Source of the DNA: an uncultured Pseudomonadales bacterium
GTDB taxonomy: Bacteria > Patescibacteriota > Microgenomatia > UBA1400 > PJMF01
Direction of reading: 5' to 3'
DNA length: 64,000 nucleotides
Assembly (NCBI GenBank): GCA_964625685.1
Contig: CAZVBO010000003.1
Span: 298 to 64,297, forward strand
Every line of letters starts with the position of its first letter. Within the stretch, counting starts at the first letter, position 1. The notes under the pieces were generated by a model. The model searched no databases. It was not told where the DNA came from and was given only the letters and a program-made list of their open reading frames with translations. Positions 9,031 through 19,549 of the stretch are shown here, one piece after another. The translations under genes and the position numbers were made by a program.

Positions 9031-9912
9031 ATGAGATTTTGGAAATGGGTCACATCATTCCTCTTGGTATTGATATTTGTAGGTCTCCCAAAACTTGTCT
9101 TTGCTTTTGATGTGCCTGATCAGCCAACTGGCTACGTCAACGACTATGCACAGGTTTTGTCAGCACCTGTCTCTACCAACCTAGAACAAAAAATTGCCAG
9201 TCTTTCTGCTCAGCCCAATGGAGCAGAAATTGCAGTGGTAACTTTGCCTTCATTGGAAGGTGAAAGTATTGAAGGAGTCAGTCAACAATTTTTTGATACT
9301 TGGAAAATTGGCAAAGCCACGTCGGATAATGGGATCCTACTGTTAGTTGCCATTGAAGATCATAAAGTCAGAATTCAAACTGGCTATGGAGTTGAAAGCG
9401 TTATCACCGATAGTACAGCGGGGCGAATAATTCGCCAGGACATCACTCCTCTTTTTAAAGAAAATAATTATGATCAGGGAATCAGCAATGGAGTCAACAA
9501 ACTGATCACTTATGTACAAAATCCAGACTCTATTCCAACAGAAACTGCTACAAACAGTAACTTCTGGGTAGGGTTTTTCTTTGCCGCTATCTGGTTTTTA
9601 ATTGCTTTATTTACTTATCTAGCTGCCTTTTTAGGTCGAAGCAAATCTTGGTGGGCTGGCGGACTAATGGGTGCAATCTTAGGTTTTTTTGTAGCCAGTT
9701 TAGCAGGAGTCTTCTTTTTTGGTTTCCTCGGGTTAGTCATTGACTATATTTTGTCGAAAAACTATTCCAAATGGAAATTAAATAAACGACCTACTGGATG
9801 GGCCGCCACCTGGGGTGGCTTCAAATCTTCGGGAAGCTCACACTCTTCAGGGGGATTCTCTGGGTTTAGTGGTGGTTCCAGTGGTGGCGGCGGAGCCAGT
9901 GGCAGTTGGTAA
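9031..9912 (+). CDS. TPM domain protein (YgcG-like)
   Basis: GYVNDYA, WKIGK..DNGILLLVA..RIQTGYG; C-terminal GGSSGGGGASGSW. Confidence 0.92.
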   Translation: MRFWKWVTSFLLVLIFVGLPKLVFAFDVPDQPTGYVNDYAQVLSAPVSTNLEQKIASLSAQPNGAEIAVVTLPSLEGESIEGVSQQFFDTWKIGKATSDNGILLLVAIEDHKVRIQTGYGVESVITDSTAGRIIRQDITPLFKENNYDQGISNGVNKLITYVQNPDSIPTETATNSNFWVGFFFAAIWFLIALFTYLAAFLGRSKSWWAGGLMGAILGFFVASLAGVFFFGFLGLVIDYILSKNYSKWKLNKRPTGWAATWGGFKSSGSSHSSGGFSGFSGGSSGGGGASGSW

Positions 9913-9913
9913 C

Positions 9914-9945
9914 AAAAACCCCCCGTCAGACGCGGGGTAATTTTT
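9914..9945. terminator. bidirectional intrinsic terminator
   Basis: aaaaACCCCCCGT-cag-ACGCGGGGTaattttt between convergent genes. Confidence 0.6.
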
Positions 9946-9961
9946 CAAAACTAAATTAGAT

Positions 9962-10756
9962 TTACAAATACTGTTCAATCATTTGACTTACCTGGTCGAA
10001 AGGCAGAGCGCCGTTAATCAGTTCATATTGACCATCATCAGTCACAATAATTGTGCCTGGTGTGCCGTTGACTCCAGCGGTGGCTCCTGCATTCATTTGA
10101 TCAGTGATCATTTGAGTAAATTCGCCGGCATCCACACAAGTTTGAACAGCCGTTGCATCTACCCCTGCATCAGAAACTGCTTGGTCTATATTAGCTTGAG
10201 TGATCGTCCCCGAACCTCCGTTGAGTTCAAACAAAGAGTCGGTATAAGCCCAGAAAGCATCTTGTCCCCCCACCTTATTTACACATTCAGCTGTTTCAGC
10301 CGCTGGTTGAGCTTGGGGATGGAAAGGAAGTGGGTAATGTCGGTAGACCCAAGCAACTTGATCACCGTAATTTTCCATGACTTGTTCCATCGTCGGATGG
10401 AAGCTAGCACAGTAAGGGCACTCGTAATCTGAGTATTCAATCAGTTTTACTTTAGCATCAGCATTGCCGCGAATATGATCATCACTGGTGACAGCCGGAA
10501 CTTGAGACAGTTGCTCTTCAGTTGGTCCGGTGGCTCCAGCTGTAGTGTCAGTAGGATTGGCAACTGCTTGGGTTCCACTCCCGCCATTCACTTTCAACAT
10601 TTGATTTTCGGTCATAATTGAACCAACAAAATATCCGAGGATAAATGTCACTCCTAAAATAAGAAAAAGTACAAAATTATTGTTCACCATTTGAACAAAG
10701 TTTTGCAATGAGTAGACGCTAGTCTGGTTGCGACTAGCCGCAGGGTTAGTTGCCAT
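9962..10756 (-). CDS. DsbA/BdbD-like thioredoxin-fold oxidoreductase
   Basis: EYSDYECPYC, YRHYPL, GVNGTP cis-Pro motif; N-terminal TM. Confidence 0.92.
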   Translation of the reverse strand: MATNPAASRNQTSVYSLQNFVQMVNNNFVLFLILGVTFILGYFVGSIMTENQMLKVNGGSGTQAVANPTDTTAGATGPTEEQLSQVPAVTSDDHIRGNADAKVKLIEYSDYECPYCASFHPTMEQVMENYGDQVAWVYRHYPLPFHPQAQPAAETAECVNKVGGQDAFWAYTDSLFELNGGSGTITQANIDQAVSDAGVDATAVQTCVDAGEFTQMITDQMNAGATAGVNGTPGTIIVTDDGQYELINGALPFDQVSQMIEQYL

Positions 10757-10893
10757 AACTGCTCCTTTATATGAAGCTACCTATTGAGGGTTTCATTATA
10801 ACCATATCTTCTATAAAAGTGGAAGGCAATTCTTTCCGAATGACTTATATTGGGGGAAGGGAGAGTAGGATATAATCATCTCACACTATTATT

Positions 10894-11688
10894 ATGCCAA
10901 AATCTCCATCCCCTCGGCACCTGTCCATTTATGAGCAAACTCACTTGGCTCGATTTGGCCAAGCCAATATTTCTATTGAGGAATATGGCGAAACACCAGT
11001 CGAGTACATTACCGGCAAAGCAGAATTTTGTGGCCATGTTTTTACGGTAAATGAAAACACCCTTATTCCTCGAGTAGAGTCTGAACAATTAGTCGACTTA
11101 GTTGTTCAGCAAACCCTGACTCTACCCACCAATACCACTCTACATATAATTGATGTGGGCACAGGGGCTGGTGCTATTGGGCTATCGGTCTATCTCCAAT
11201 TATTTTCACAACGTCCCCACACAAAATTATGGTTAACTGATATTTCTGAGTCAGCTTTAAAAATTGCCCAGAAAAACACTCAAGCTCTTTTATCTCCAGC
11301 CCAACAACAACAAGTACAGATTGGCGTCAGCGATCTGATGAGCTCAATTTCACTAAACGTAACCTTTGATATCATTATTGCTAATCTCCCTTATATTCCG
11401 AGCCAGAGAATTCAAGCCCTTGATCCGTCAGTGATTGATTTTGAGCCCCATCTAGCTTTGGATGGAGGTCCTGAAGGGCTGACTCTCATCCACCAGCTCC
11501 TCAAACAAGCACCCAATTTTCTGACTTCATCAGGAAAAGTTTTTTTGGAAATCGATCATACTCACTCTTTAAGTGAACTCACCTCAGGAACTCCTTTCGC
11601 CGGATCACTGATGACCGATGATTATGGCCAAAATCGATTTGCGATTCTAGCGCTCAATACGTTAAACTTAAAGAATGGCAGTAACTGA
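10894..11688 (+). CDS. prmC: release factor glutamine methyltransferase (HemK/PrmC), short N-terminus
   Basis: PVEYITG, TLIPRVESE, DVGTGAG, ANLPYI, FEPHLALDGG. Confidence 0.88.
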   Translation: MPKSPSPRHLSIYEQTHLARFGQANISIEEYGETPVEYITGKAEFCGHVFTVNENTLIPRVESEQLVDLVVQQTLTLPTNTTLHIIDVGTGAGAIGLSVYLQLFSQRPHTKLWLTDISESALKIAQKNTQALLSPAQQQQVQIGVSDLMSSISLNVTFDIIIANLPYIPSQRIQALDPSVIDFEPHLALDGGPEGLTLIHQLLKQAPNFLTSSGKVFLEIDHTHSLSELTSGTPFAGSLMTDDYGQNRFAILALNTLNLKNGSN

Positions 11689-14278
11689 AAAAACGCTCTG
11701 GCATACCTTAAGTTCAGCTCAAACTCTCAAAAAACTAGAGACAACTAAACAGGGTTTGGGAACAAAAGAAGTTACGGCACGACAAACTAAGTATGGCTTA
11801 AATTCATTTTCCCAACAACATACCATCTCTAAGTGGCAAATTTTTGTGGACCAATTTAAGGGCTTCTTAATCTTATTGTTATTCGTGGCTGCGCTGCTAG
11901 CTCTGATAATTCGAGAATGGTTTGACGCAATTGCCATCTTGGTCATCTTATTGATCAATGCCGTAGTGGGCTTTATTGAAGAATATAAGGCCGAACAAGC
12001 CATTGAAGAATTACGAGAAATGGAAACTCCCCATGCTCTGGTGATCAGAAATAAGAGTCAGCAACAAATTGACTCAACTCAACTGGTACCAGGTGATATT
12101 CTCCTCTTAAGTGAAGGTGATCAAATCCCAGCCGATGCTCGAATCTTAGAAAGTTACCAGCTTCAAACTGATGAGTCAGTCCTGACTGGAGAATCGAATC
12201 CGAGTAACAAAGATCCAAAAAAACTAGCCTCGCAAATTGCTTTAGCCGAAAGAGTCAATCTCGTATTTGCTGGCACAGTTGTGACTAGAGGGAAAGGCAA
12301 AGCGGTGGTCTATGCCACGGGGGATAATACCGAGTTCGGTAAAATTGCTCACTTGGTCCAAACTGCTACTGCTACTCAAACTCCACTTCAAATTACTTTA
12401 GAAAAGTTAGGCAAAACCTTAGGGATTATCAGTCTAGTTATTGCCACTCCTGGACTCATTATTGGCATCAACAGTGGCCGAAGTATTGTCGAGATGATCA
12501 TGTTATCCATCTCGCTAGCCGTTTCAGCTATTCCCGAAGGTCTACCAGTCGTGGTCACAGTAACCTTAGCTCTAGGTGCTCAAAGACTCCTGAAGCGGAG
12601 GGTTCTCGTCAGAAAACTGTCAGCAGTTGAATCTTTAGGAAACGTCGACATTATCTGTACTGATAAAACTGGCACCATTACCCAAAACAAAATGTCTGCC
12701 ACTCAACTGGTAACTCGGACTCATCTCTTAGAAACAGACCAATTCTCGGTTCAATTACGTCAGCGTAATCAAACTATTCGTTCATTGGTAAATTGTGCCT
12801 TGCTCTGCAACGATGCCACCCTGGAAAGTGGCGATCCTACCGAAACCGCTTTATTAAAACTGTGCCAACAATTTAAGCTAGAAGTAGCAGATCGTGAGCT
12901 TTTCCCTCGTCTAGACGAAATTCCGTTTAACTCACAACAAAAGTATATGGTCACCCTCAACCAAGTGGAGAACCGAACTCATGCTTTCTTAAAGGGAGCC
13001 CCTGAACAAGTGCTCGCTATGTGTTCACAAGTGTCCGTCAATACACAAGTTCGAACTTTAACTGACGCTGATCGAACCTATTTTGAAGACCAAATTGAAT
13101 CATTAACGGCTCAAGGGATGAGAGTTTTAGCCCTAGCCATGAAGAAAAACTTATCAAGCCATCAACTCACCAAACCCAGTAAGTACATATTTTTGGGTTT
13201 GGTTGGTTTCATTGATCCAGCTCGATCTGAAGTGACCTCTGCCCTCACACAATGTCACCAAGCCGGGATTCGAGTCCTGATGTTAACCGGCGATCACCCT
13301 TTAACGGCTAAAGCCGTGGCTCACCAAATTGGTTTAGTCTCAGATCGGGTAGTAGTCGGCAGCGAACTCAATAAATTGGGCCGTCATGACCTCGAAGAAT
13401 TAGTTTCCACTCAGAATATTTTTGCCCGAGTGACACCAGAGCATAAACTCACTATTTTACGAGCACTTCATAATCTGGGTCACAATGTTGCCATGACGGG
13501 TGATGGAGCGAATGACGCCCCAGCTCTGAAAGAAGCTGATATCGGGGTAGCTGTCGGGAATGCGACTGATCTGGCAAAAGAAGTGTCAGATATGGTGTTA
13601 ATTGATAATAATTTTGCCCATATTGTTGATGCCGTCGAAGAAGCCCGGGGGATATTTGCCAATATTAAAAAGTTTATTACTTTTCTACTGGCAGCCAACT
13701 TCGATGAAATTTTTGTGGTGCTTGCCGCTCTTCTCCTCGGGACTCCCTTACCCTTGCTGCCCATTCATTTACTATGGCTGAATGTCGTCACCGACAGTTT
13801 CCCCGCTCTGGCTTTAGCCGTGGATAAATATCCCGCGAAATTGATGCATCAAAAACCCTTTAATCCCAGTAAAGAAATTACTCATGGAGTTATCAAATTT
13901 TCACTGGCTGCAGGCATCATCGGCTTTGTGGCAACCATGTTTATCTTCTTAAGAGAATATTTCTTCCTGCGGAATGGCTTGAGTCTCAGTCAAACCATGA
14001 CCTTTACCACGACGGTCTTCTTTGAGCTGTGGCTAGTCTTCTCAGTCAGATCGAACAAAGGAGCTTTCCAATTGGGATTGCTCTCCAATAAGTTTTTGAA
14101 TATAGCGGTTCTGATTGCCATCAGCCTTCAATTAGCAGTTATGTATCACCCAGTTGGCAATGAACTGCTAAAAATTGTGCCCGTGCCACTTGGTAACTGG
14201 CCAGATATTCTACTCTTTTCTTTTTCCGGATTTGGCTTAATTGAACTCACCCGGTGGATCAAACGCAAAATTTCGTAA
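11675..14278 (+). CDS. P-type cation-transporting ATPase (type II, Ca2+-like)
   Basis: TGES, IPEGLP, DKTGT phosphorylation site, KGAPE, TGDGANDAPAL. Confidence 0.95.
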   Translation: MAVTEKTLWHTLSSAQTLKKLETTKQGLGTKEVTARQTKYGLNSFSQQHTISKWQIFVDQFKGFLILLLFVAALLALIIREWFDAIAILVILLINAVVGFIEEYKAEQAIEELREMETPHALVIRNKSQQQIDSTQLVPGDILLLSEGDQIPADARILESYQLQTDESVLTGESNPSNKDPKKLASQIALAERVNLVFAGTVVTRGKGKAVVYATGDNTEFGKIAHLVQTATATQTPLQITLEKLGKTLGIISLVIATPGLIIGINSGRSIVEMIMLSISLAVSAIPEGLPVVVTVTLALGAQRLLKRRVLVRKLSAVESLGNVDIICTDKTGTITQNKMSATQLVTRTHLLETDQFSVQLRQRNQTIRSLVNCALLCNDATLESGDPTETALLKLCQQFKLEVADRELFPRLDEIPFNSQQKYMVTLNQVENRTHAFLKGAPEQVLAMCSQVSVNTQVRTLTDADRTYFEDQIESLTAQGMRVLALAMKKNLSSHQLTKPSKYIFLGLVGFIDPARSEVTSALTQCHQAGIRVLMLTGDHPLTAKAVAHQIGLVSDRVVVGSELNKLGRHDLEELVSTQNIFARVTPEHKLTILRALHNLGHNVAMTGDGANDAPALKEADIGVAVGNATDLAKEVSDMVLIDNNFAHIVDAVEEARGIFANIKKFITFLLAANFDEIFVVLAALLLGTPLPLLPIHLLWLNVVTDSFPALALAVDKYPAKLMHQKPFNPSKEITHGVIKFSLAAGIIGFVATMFIFLREYFFLRNGLSLSQTMTFTTTVFFELWLVFSVRSNKGAFQLGLLSNKFLNIAVLIAISLQLAVMYHPVGNELLKIVPVPLGNWPDILLFSFSGFGLIELTRWIKRKIS

Positions 14279-14314
14279 TTACCTAAATCCCAATAATCCT
14301 CTACACTAGCAATC

Positions 14315-16810
14315 ATGGCTGAGACTAACTCGACTAAAGCTGCTGATCAGTTTTCCACCCCAATGATGCTCCAATATCTTGAAATTAAAAAAGAGTATCA
14401 GGATTGTCTGCTGTTCTTTCGGCTGGGTGATTTTTATGAATTGTTTTTAGATGACGCTAAAATCGGATCAGAAATTTTAGGGATTACCCTGACTGCTCGG
14501 AGCCGAGGCAAAGATGGTCGAATCCCCATGGCTGGAGTACCATTTCACGCTGCTGATAGCTATATTAACAAACTAGTTAAACATGGCTATAAAGTTGCGA
14601 TTTGTGAACAACTGTCCGAACCCAATAATCGGGAAATTGTCCAACGTGAAGTCATCCGGGTAGTCACTCCAGGGACTATCTTAGATGACAAAAGTATTAC
14701 TGCCAAAGAAAATAATTATATTTTTGCCTTGTGTCAAAATGACACTGATTTTGGTCTAGGAATTTTGGATATCACCACCGGGTTTTGGGGGGTGATTCAA
14801 AAACCACTCACCCAATTTAACGAAACCATAACCCAGTTTGAAACTCAACTTCGACCAGCTGAAGGTATTCTTTCTCCCCAACTCTACAATGATGGAGCTT
14901 ACTTGCGTCAGCTCAAACACCTCTCTCAAATGAGCCTGACCTGTTTTCATCAGTGGGGAAAATATACCAGAAACTCTGCCAAGAAGTTGCAAACTCAACT
15001 CCATGTCACGACACTGAAAGGCTTCGAACTCGAATCAGCACCTCTCGCCCAAGAGGTGGCCGCAGCCTTACTGGGGTATATTCAGGAAACCCAAAAAGCT
15101 CCAGCTACTCACTTGATTCAGATTACTAATCTGAACACTCAAGCCTATCTGATTCTCGATCAATCAGCCGTTGTCAACTTAGAGCTGTTTGCCACACTGC
15201 GTGATCAGCGAAAAGAAGGTTCTCTCATTTGGGTGCTTGATCACACCAAAACTGCTATGGGCGGCCGCTTACTCCGAGACTGGTTACTCCATCCTTTGAC
15301 TAAATCCAAGCCCATCAATCACCGATTAGATCAAGTCACCTACTTTTTGGAACATGCTTCACTTCGATCTCATCTACGTCAACTGTTACGTCAAATTGGT
15401 GATCTAGAGCGTTTACTTTCCCGAATTACTTTGGGGATGGGGACTCCACGAGATGTAATTCAGCTTCAAACTTCTCTCGATCATGCTTTGAGTATTCGCC
15501 AAATACTAACTGAAGTTGAGTATCCCCATCATAAGTATCTAGAACGACCCAAGCAGTTAGCAACTTTAAGCCAGCTTATCAAGCAAACTATCGTTCCCGA
15601 GCCTCCTGTCGATCCCAAAAATGGAGGTGTTATCCAAAGTGGAATTCATCCTGAACTCGACAAACTTTTGACGACGATTCATTCAAGCCAAAGTTGGATG
15701 TCAGAATTGGAAACTAAAGAAAGACAACGAACTGGAATTAGTTCACTTAAAGTTAAATTTAATAAAGTCTTTGGCTATTATATTGAAATCAGCAAGGCCA
15801 ATTTAGATAAAGTTCCGCCTGATTATGACCGAAAACAAACGCTGGTGAATGCCGAACGCTTCACCATGCCCGAACTCAAACATCATGAACAAATTATTTT
15901 GGAAGCAGAGTTAAAGAGTAACGATCTTGAATATCAGATTTTTAATGACTTAGTAAATCAAGTATTAGCTAGAACCGAACTGATTCAGACTACTGCCAAG
16001 GATATTGCCACTTTAGATGCATTACTCAATTTTGCCACCATTGCTGAACAAAATCGTTATGTTCGACCCGACATCAGCACTGGCGACGAACTGGCAATCC
16101 AAGAAGGCCGTCATCCCGTAATTGAACAAACCCTTCATGATCGTCGATTTGTCCCCAATGACATCAAATTAAATACGACTGATCAACAACTAATGATTAT
16201 TACTGGTCCCAACATGGCAGGCAAATCAGTATTAATGAGACAAGTCGCCTTAATCACGCTCTTGGCCCACTTGGGTTGCTTTGTGCCGGCTAAAAAAGCA
16301 ACCATTAGCTTGGTTGATCGAATCTTTATTCGAAGTGGTGCTTCAGATATGATTACTTCAGGCTTGTCAACTTTTATGGTAGAAATGGTGGAAACAGCGA
16401 CTATTTTACATCAAGCTACTTCAAAAAGCTTAATTATTATGGATGAGATTGGTCGAGGAACGAGTACTTATGATGGGATTAGTATCGCTTGGTCTGTAGC
16501 CGAAAAGCTGGTAACCGATCCTAAAATAAAAGCCAAAACTTTATTTGCCACTCATTATCATGAATTACAAGTCCTAGCCGAAGAACATCCAGATAGTATT
16601 AAAAACTATCAAATGGCCATTAAAAACCATAAAAATAAACCTGTTTTTCTTCATAAATTAATTCCCGGAGGGGCTTCTCACAGTTTTGGAATTGCCGTAG
16701 CTCAACTGGCTGGGATCCCCCAGGAAGTGATTGATCGAGCCAACCAGATTTTAGCAAGTTACATTGAACCCAAACACCATCATGCCCAAGATTCATCAAC
16801 TCAGTCCTAG
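14315..16810 (+). CDS. mutS: DNA mismatch repair protein MutS
   Basis: TPMMLQY, FRLGDFYELF, TGPNMAGKS, DEIGRGTST, FATHYHEL. Confidence 0.97.
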   Translation: MAETNSTKAADQFSTPMMLQYLEIKKEYQDCLLFFRLGDFYELFLDDAKIGSEILGITLTARSRGKDGRIPMAGVPFHAADSYINKLVKHGYKVAICEQLSEPNNREIVQREVIRVVTPGTILDDKSITAKENNYIFALCQNDTDFGLGILDITTGFWGVIQKPLTQFNETITQFETQLRPAEGILSPQLYNDGAYLRQLKHLSQMSLTCFHQWGKYTRNSAKKLQTQLHVTTLKGFELESAPLAQEVAAALLGYIQETQKAPATHLIQITNLNTQAYLILDQSAVVNLELFATLRDQRKEGSLIWVLDHTKTAMGGRLLRDWLLHPLTKSKPINHRLDQVTYFLEHASLRSHLRQLLRQIGDLERLLSRITLGMGTPRDVIQLQTSLDHALSIRQILTEVEYPHHKYLERPKQLATLSQLIKQTIVPEPPVDPKNGGVIQSGIHPELDKLLTTIHSSQSWMSELETKERQRTGISSLKVKFNKVFGYYIEISKANLDKVPPDYDRKQTLVNAERFTMPELKHHEQIILEAELKSNDLEYQIFNDLVNQVLARTELIQTTAKDIATLDALLNFATIAEQNRYVRPDISTGDELAIQEGRHPVIEQTLHDRRFVPNDIKLNTTDQQLMIITGPNMAGKSVLMRQVALITLLAHLGCFVPAKKATISLVDRIFIRSGASDMITSGLSTFMVEMVETATILHQATSKSLIIMDEIGRGTSTYDGISIAWSVAEKLVTDPKIKAKTLFATHYHELQVLAEEHPDSIKNYQMAIKNHKNKPVFLHKLIPGGASHSFGIAVAQLAGIPQEVIDRANQILASYIEPKHHHAQDSSTQS

Positions 16811-18494
16811 TTTAATTGCTCAAATAGCCGCCGGTGAAGTTGTAGACCGGCCTGCATCTATCATCAAAGAGTTAGTTGAAAATGCGATTGATGCTCAAGC
16901 TACTGAAATTGCTGTTGAACTAATAGAGAGTGGCTTAGATACTATTCGAGTAATTGATAATGGGGTTGGCATGGATGAAACAGACTTAGGTCTCTGCTTT
17001 CTGCCTCATACTACCAGTAAACTGAATGAGTCAAATCAGTTGAGCGGCATTACTACTTTGGGTTTCCGCGGCGAAGCTCTGGCCAGTCTAGCAGCGGTAA
17101 GTCAACTCACTATTAGCACAAAACCAACAAATGATATTTCTGGCTACCAACTGACCATCACCCATGGGAATCCTAGTGAAATTCAACCTTTAGGTTTACC
17201 CAACGGCACCGAAGTTGAAGTCACTCAGCTCTTTGCCCAACTTCCCGCTCGTCACAAGTTTCTTAAATCACCAGCCACCGAACTCAAACAAATTCTTAAG
17301 ATGATGAGTCAGTTTGTTTTGGCTTATCCAGAAATCGCCTTTAACCTTAAAAATAACCAAAAATTAATCTTAGATGCTCCTCATTACCAAACATTTTTAG
17401 ATAGACTAGAGAACATTGTGGGAACTGAATTTCGTCAAAACAGTCTTCCCGTGACCACCACCAATGAAACTTACCAATTAGCAGGTTTTATCTCGCCCCC
17501 TAGTTTAAGTCGAGAAAGCAACCTTCATCATTACTTCTTTATTAATCACCGTCCAGTCCAACCTAGCTTCATTCTGCCACTCATCAAACAGGTCTATGGA
17601 GGATTGCTTGAGCCAGCTAGTCAACCGCTTTTTGTGCTGAATTTGACACTTCCCGAGCATTTTGTGGATGTCAATGTTCATCCGCAAAAAACTCAAGTGG
17701 CACTAGCAGATCAATCAACGGTTTTTCAGTTTGTACAAACTACTCTCGAACAAGTCTTGCATCAATACGATTTGACCTTTCAAAGCCAGCTCAGACTGAA
17801 AGATAAAAATAATTTTTCTTACACTGCTGACCTCAATCGTGATAAGAAAACTCACCAACCTCTCCACCAAGCTTTAAAATCGGTAGTTAAAGCTTGGGAA
17901 ACCACTCACTCTCGGTCGCAAACCGAAGTACTCCAGCTTCATGATTTATATTTAGTCACTCAAACAGATCAGGGCATGCTGATTGTAGATCAACATGCAG
18001 CTCATGAACGAATTTTGTATGAGCAATTCTTAGCGGAATTTCAACACCAAAATCAACAATCTTCACAATTCCTACCTAAACCAGTATTGCTCTCCTTCGC
18101 CGTCACTGATGCCGAATTGTTGACTGAACACCTCTCCCTTTTTGCTGACATGGGCATAATCATTGAGCCGTTTGGCAAAGCTCAATTTTCAGTCACCCAC
18201 TTGCCCCCACGAGTTGAAGCTGACAGAGTCAAGGATTTATTAACTGAGTGGCTCGATGACATTGCCAATGAGACCACACTTCGATCCGTAGATACCCTCA
18301 CTAAAAAAACCTTGTCGTTCTTGGCCTGCCGCACGGCAATCAAACAAGGTGATGCTCTGAGTCAAGAAGAACGGCAAAATTTACTTAAAAAACTCGCTGA
18401 AACTCATCATAACGAAACCTGTCCCCACGGCCGACCGACTCAGTTTATTTTGACCAAAAAAGAATTGGAGAAACTCTTCCACCGGAGGAAGTAG
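16782..18494 (+). CDS. mutL: DNA mismatch repair protein MutL
   Basis: IAAGEVV, GFRGEAL, DVNVHP, endonuclease motif DQHAAHERILYE, CPHGRP; start at MPKIHQL. Confidence 0.96.
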   Translation: MPKIHQLSPSLIAQIAAGEVVDRPASIIKELVENAIDAQATEIAVELIESGLDTIRVIDNGVGMDETDLGLCFLPHTTSKLNESNQLSGITTLGFRGEALASLAAVSQLTISTKPTNDISGYQLTITHGNPSEIQPLGLPNGTEVEVTQLFAQLPARHKFLKSPATELKQILKMMSQFVLAYPEIAFNLKNNQKLILDAPHYQTFLDRLENIVGTEFRQNSLPVTTTNETYQLAGFISPPSLSRESNLHHYFFINHRPVQPSFILPLIKQVYGGLLEPASQPLFVLNLTLPEHFVDVNVHPQKTQVALADQSTVFQFVQTTLEQVLHQYDLTFQSQLRLKDKNNFSYTADLNRDKKTHQPLHQALKSVVKAWETTHSRSQTEVLQLHDLYLVTQTDQGMLIVDQHAAHERILYEQFLAEFQHQNQQSSQFLPKPVLLSFAVTDAELLTEHLSLFADMGIIIEPFGKAQFSVTHLPPRVEADRVKDLLTEWLDDIANETTLRSVDTLTKKTLSFLACRTAIKQGDALSQEERQNLLKKLAETHHNETCPHGRPTQFILTKKELEKLFHRRK

Positions 18495-18507
18495 ACTAAA
18501 CTATACA

Positions 18508-18562
18508 GCCAAATTTCAAAAACCAAAATCCAAACAAGCTCCAAATTCCAAAAATCAAATTC
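18508..18562. repeat. degenerate heptamer array
   Basis: aaatttcaaaaaccaaaatccaaacaagctccaaattccaaaaatcaaattc, same family as 6866-7042. Confidence 0.65.
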
Positions 18563-18572
18563 GAAGTTGTAA

Positions 18573-18733
18573 TGTCATTCTGAACTCCTGACCGCCGGCA
18601 GGCAGGAACGCGGGGATCCGGGAAACTACTGGGCTGTTGTCTACATTTAGAATTCGGCCAATTTGTTGATTAAAATGTAAACAAAAAAAATTGCCCATTG
18701 CTATTCCAGATCCCCGTTTGCACGGGGATGACA
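18573..18733. repeat. dRS3/REP-like paired palindromic element with nested CCTG..CAGGCAGG insert
   Basis: tgtcattc...cgcggggatcc ... agatccccgtttgcacggggatgaca; variant palindrome cctgaccgccggcaggcagg at 18587-18606. Confidence 0.7.
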
Positions 18734-18825
18734 TAGTCGATGACTATGTATCAGTAAGTACTCATACAGTGACCATCTATTTAAATGGTGACAAACAGAT
18801 TAAAAGTTAGTACTATTAAATTAGC

Positions 18826-19113
18826 ATGAATCGCGGGGTCATTCTTCTCACCACTCTAGAGATGAGTCAGGCATCAGCTTTTCTCAAAACTTCGACCGTG
18901 CCCATTTCTGAAACCTTATTGAACAAATTAACTCCTTCCTCCACTGACCCTCAACAAACCGATAAAATTCTCATTAGTGAAGAGGATGCTGAAGTATTAC
19001 TCGATTGTCTAGCGGCGCCCTCGGCCTCTGAACCTGCTGAACTCAAGAGCTTAAGACTCAAACTTCAACAATTTATTGGAAAGATTCGCTTCCCTGACTC
19101 GACTTCTGCTTGA
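18826..19113 (+). CDS. hypothetical protein
   Basis: 95-aa ORF filling the gap, ATG start. Confidence 0.55.
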   Translation: MNRGVILLTTLEMSQASAFLKTSTVPISETLLNKLTPSSTDPQQTDKILISEEDAEVLLDCLAAPSASEPAELKSLRLKLQQFIGKIRFPDSTSA

Positions 19114-19144
19114 TCTCTTTTCAAAAACATAAGATACTAACTGT

Positions 19145-19549
19145 ATGAAATTCAATGACCTCTTTCGTAAAGTCGCTACTAAAATTTCCCTGATTACAGG
19201 TTCTCCAGCGATCTTCATTCTTGCCTTTATCAGCATTCTAGCCTGGATTTTGACCGGTCCTTACTTTCACTACTCAGATACTTGGCAATTAGTGATTAAC
19301 ACTTCCACGACTATTATTACCTTTTTGATGGTTTTCTTGATTCAGAATACCCAAAACCGAGATACCAAAGCAATCCATCTTAAACTTGACGAATTGATTA
19401 AAAGCATGAGAGGTGCTCGAAATCGGCTGATTGATATTGAAGAAGAAACCGACATTGAGCTTGATTCACTCAAAGAAGAATTTCAAAACCAGCATGAAAA
19501 ATACATGAAACGGGTTGAGAAGAAGATTGAAAAAATTAGTGCTGGCTAA
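19145..19549 (+). CDS. low-affinity iron permease family protein
   Basis: YSDTWQLVINTSTTIITFLMVFLIQNTQNRD..AIHLKLDELI signature. Confidence 0.9.
   Translation: MKFNDLFRKVATKISLITGSPAIFILAFISILAWILTGPYFHYSDTWQLVINTSTTIITFLMVFLIQNTQNRDTKAIHLKLDELIKSMRGARNRLIDIEEETDIELDSLKEEFQNQHEKYMKRVEKKIEKISAG

Noticed and set aside
9983-10432. 149-aa antisense ORF and other 60-130-aa ORFs nested in long genes
   Set aside because: Shadow frames of well-supported genes with no recognisable motifs.
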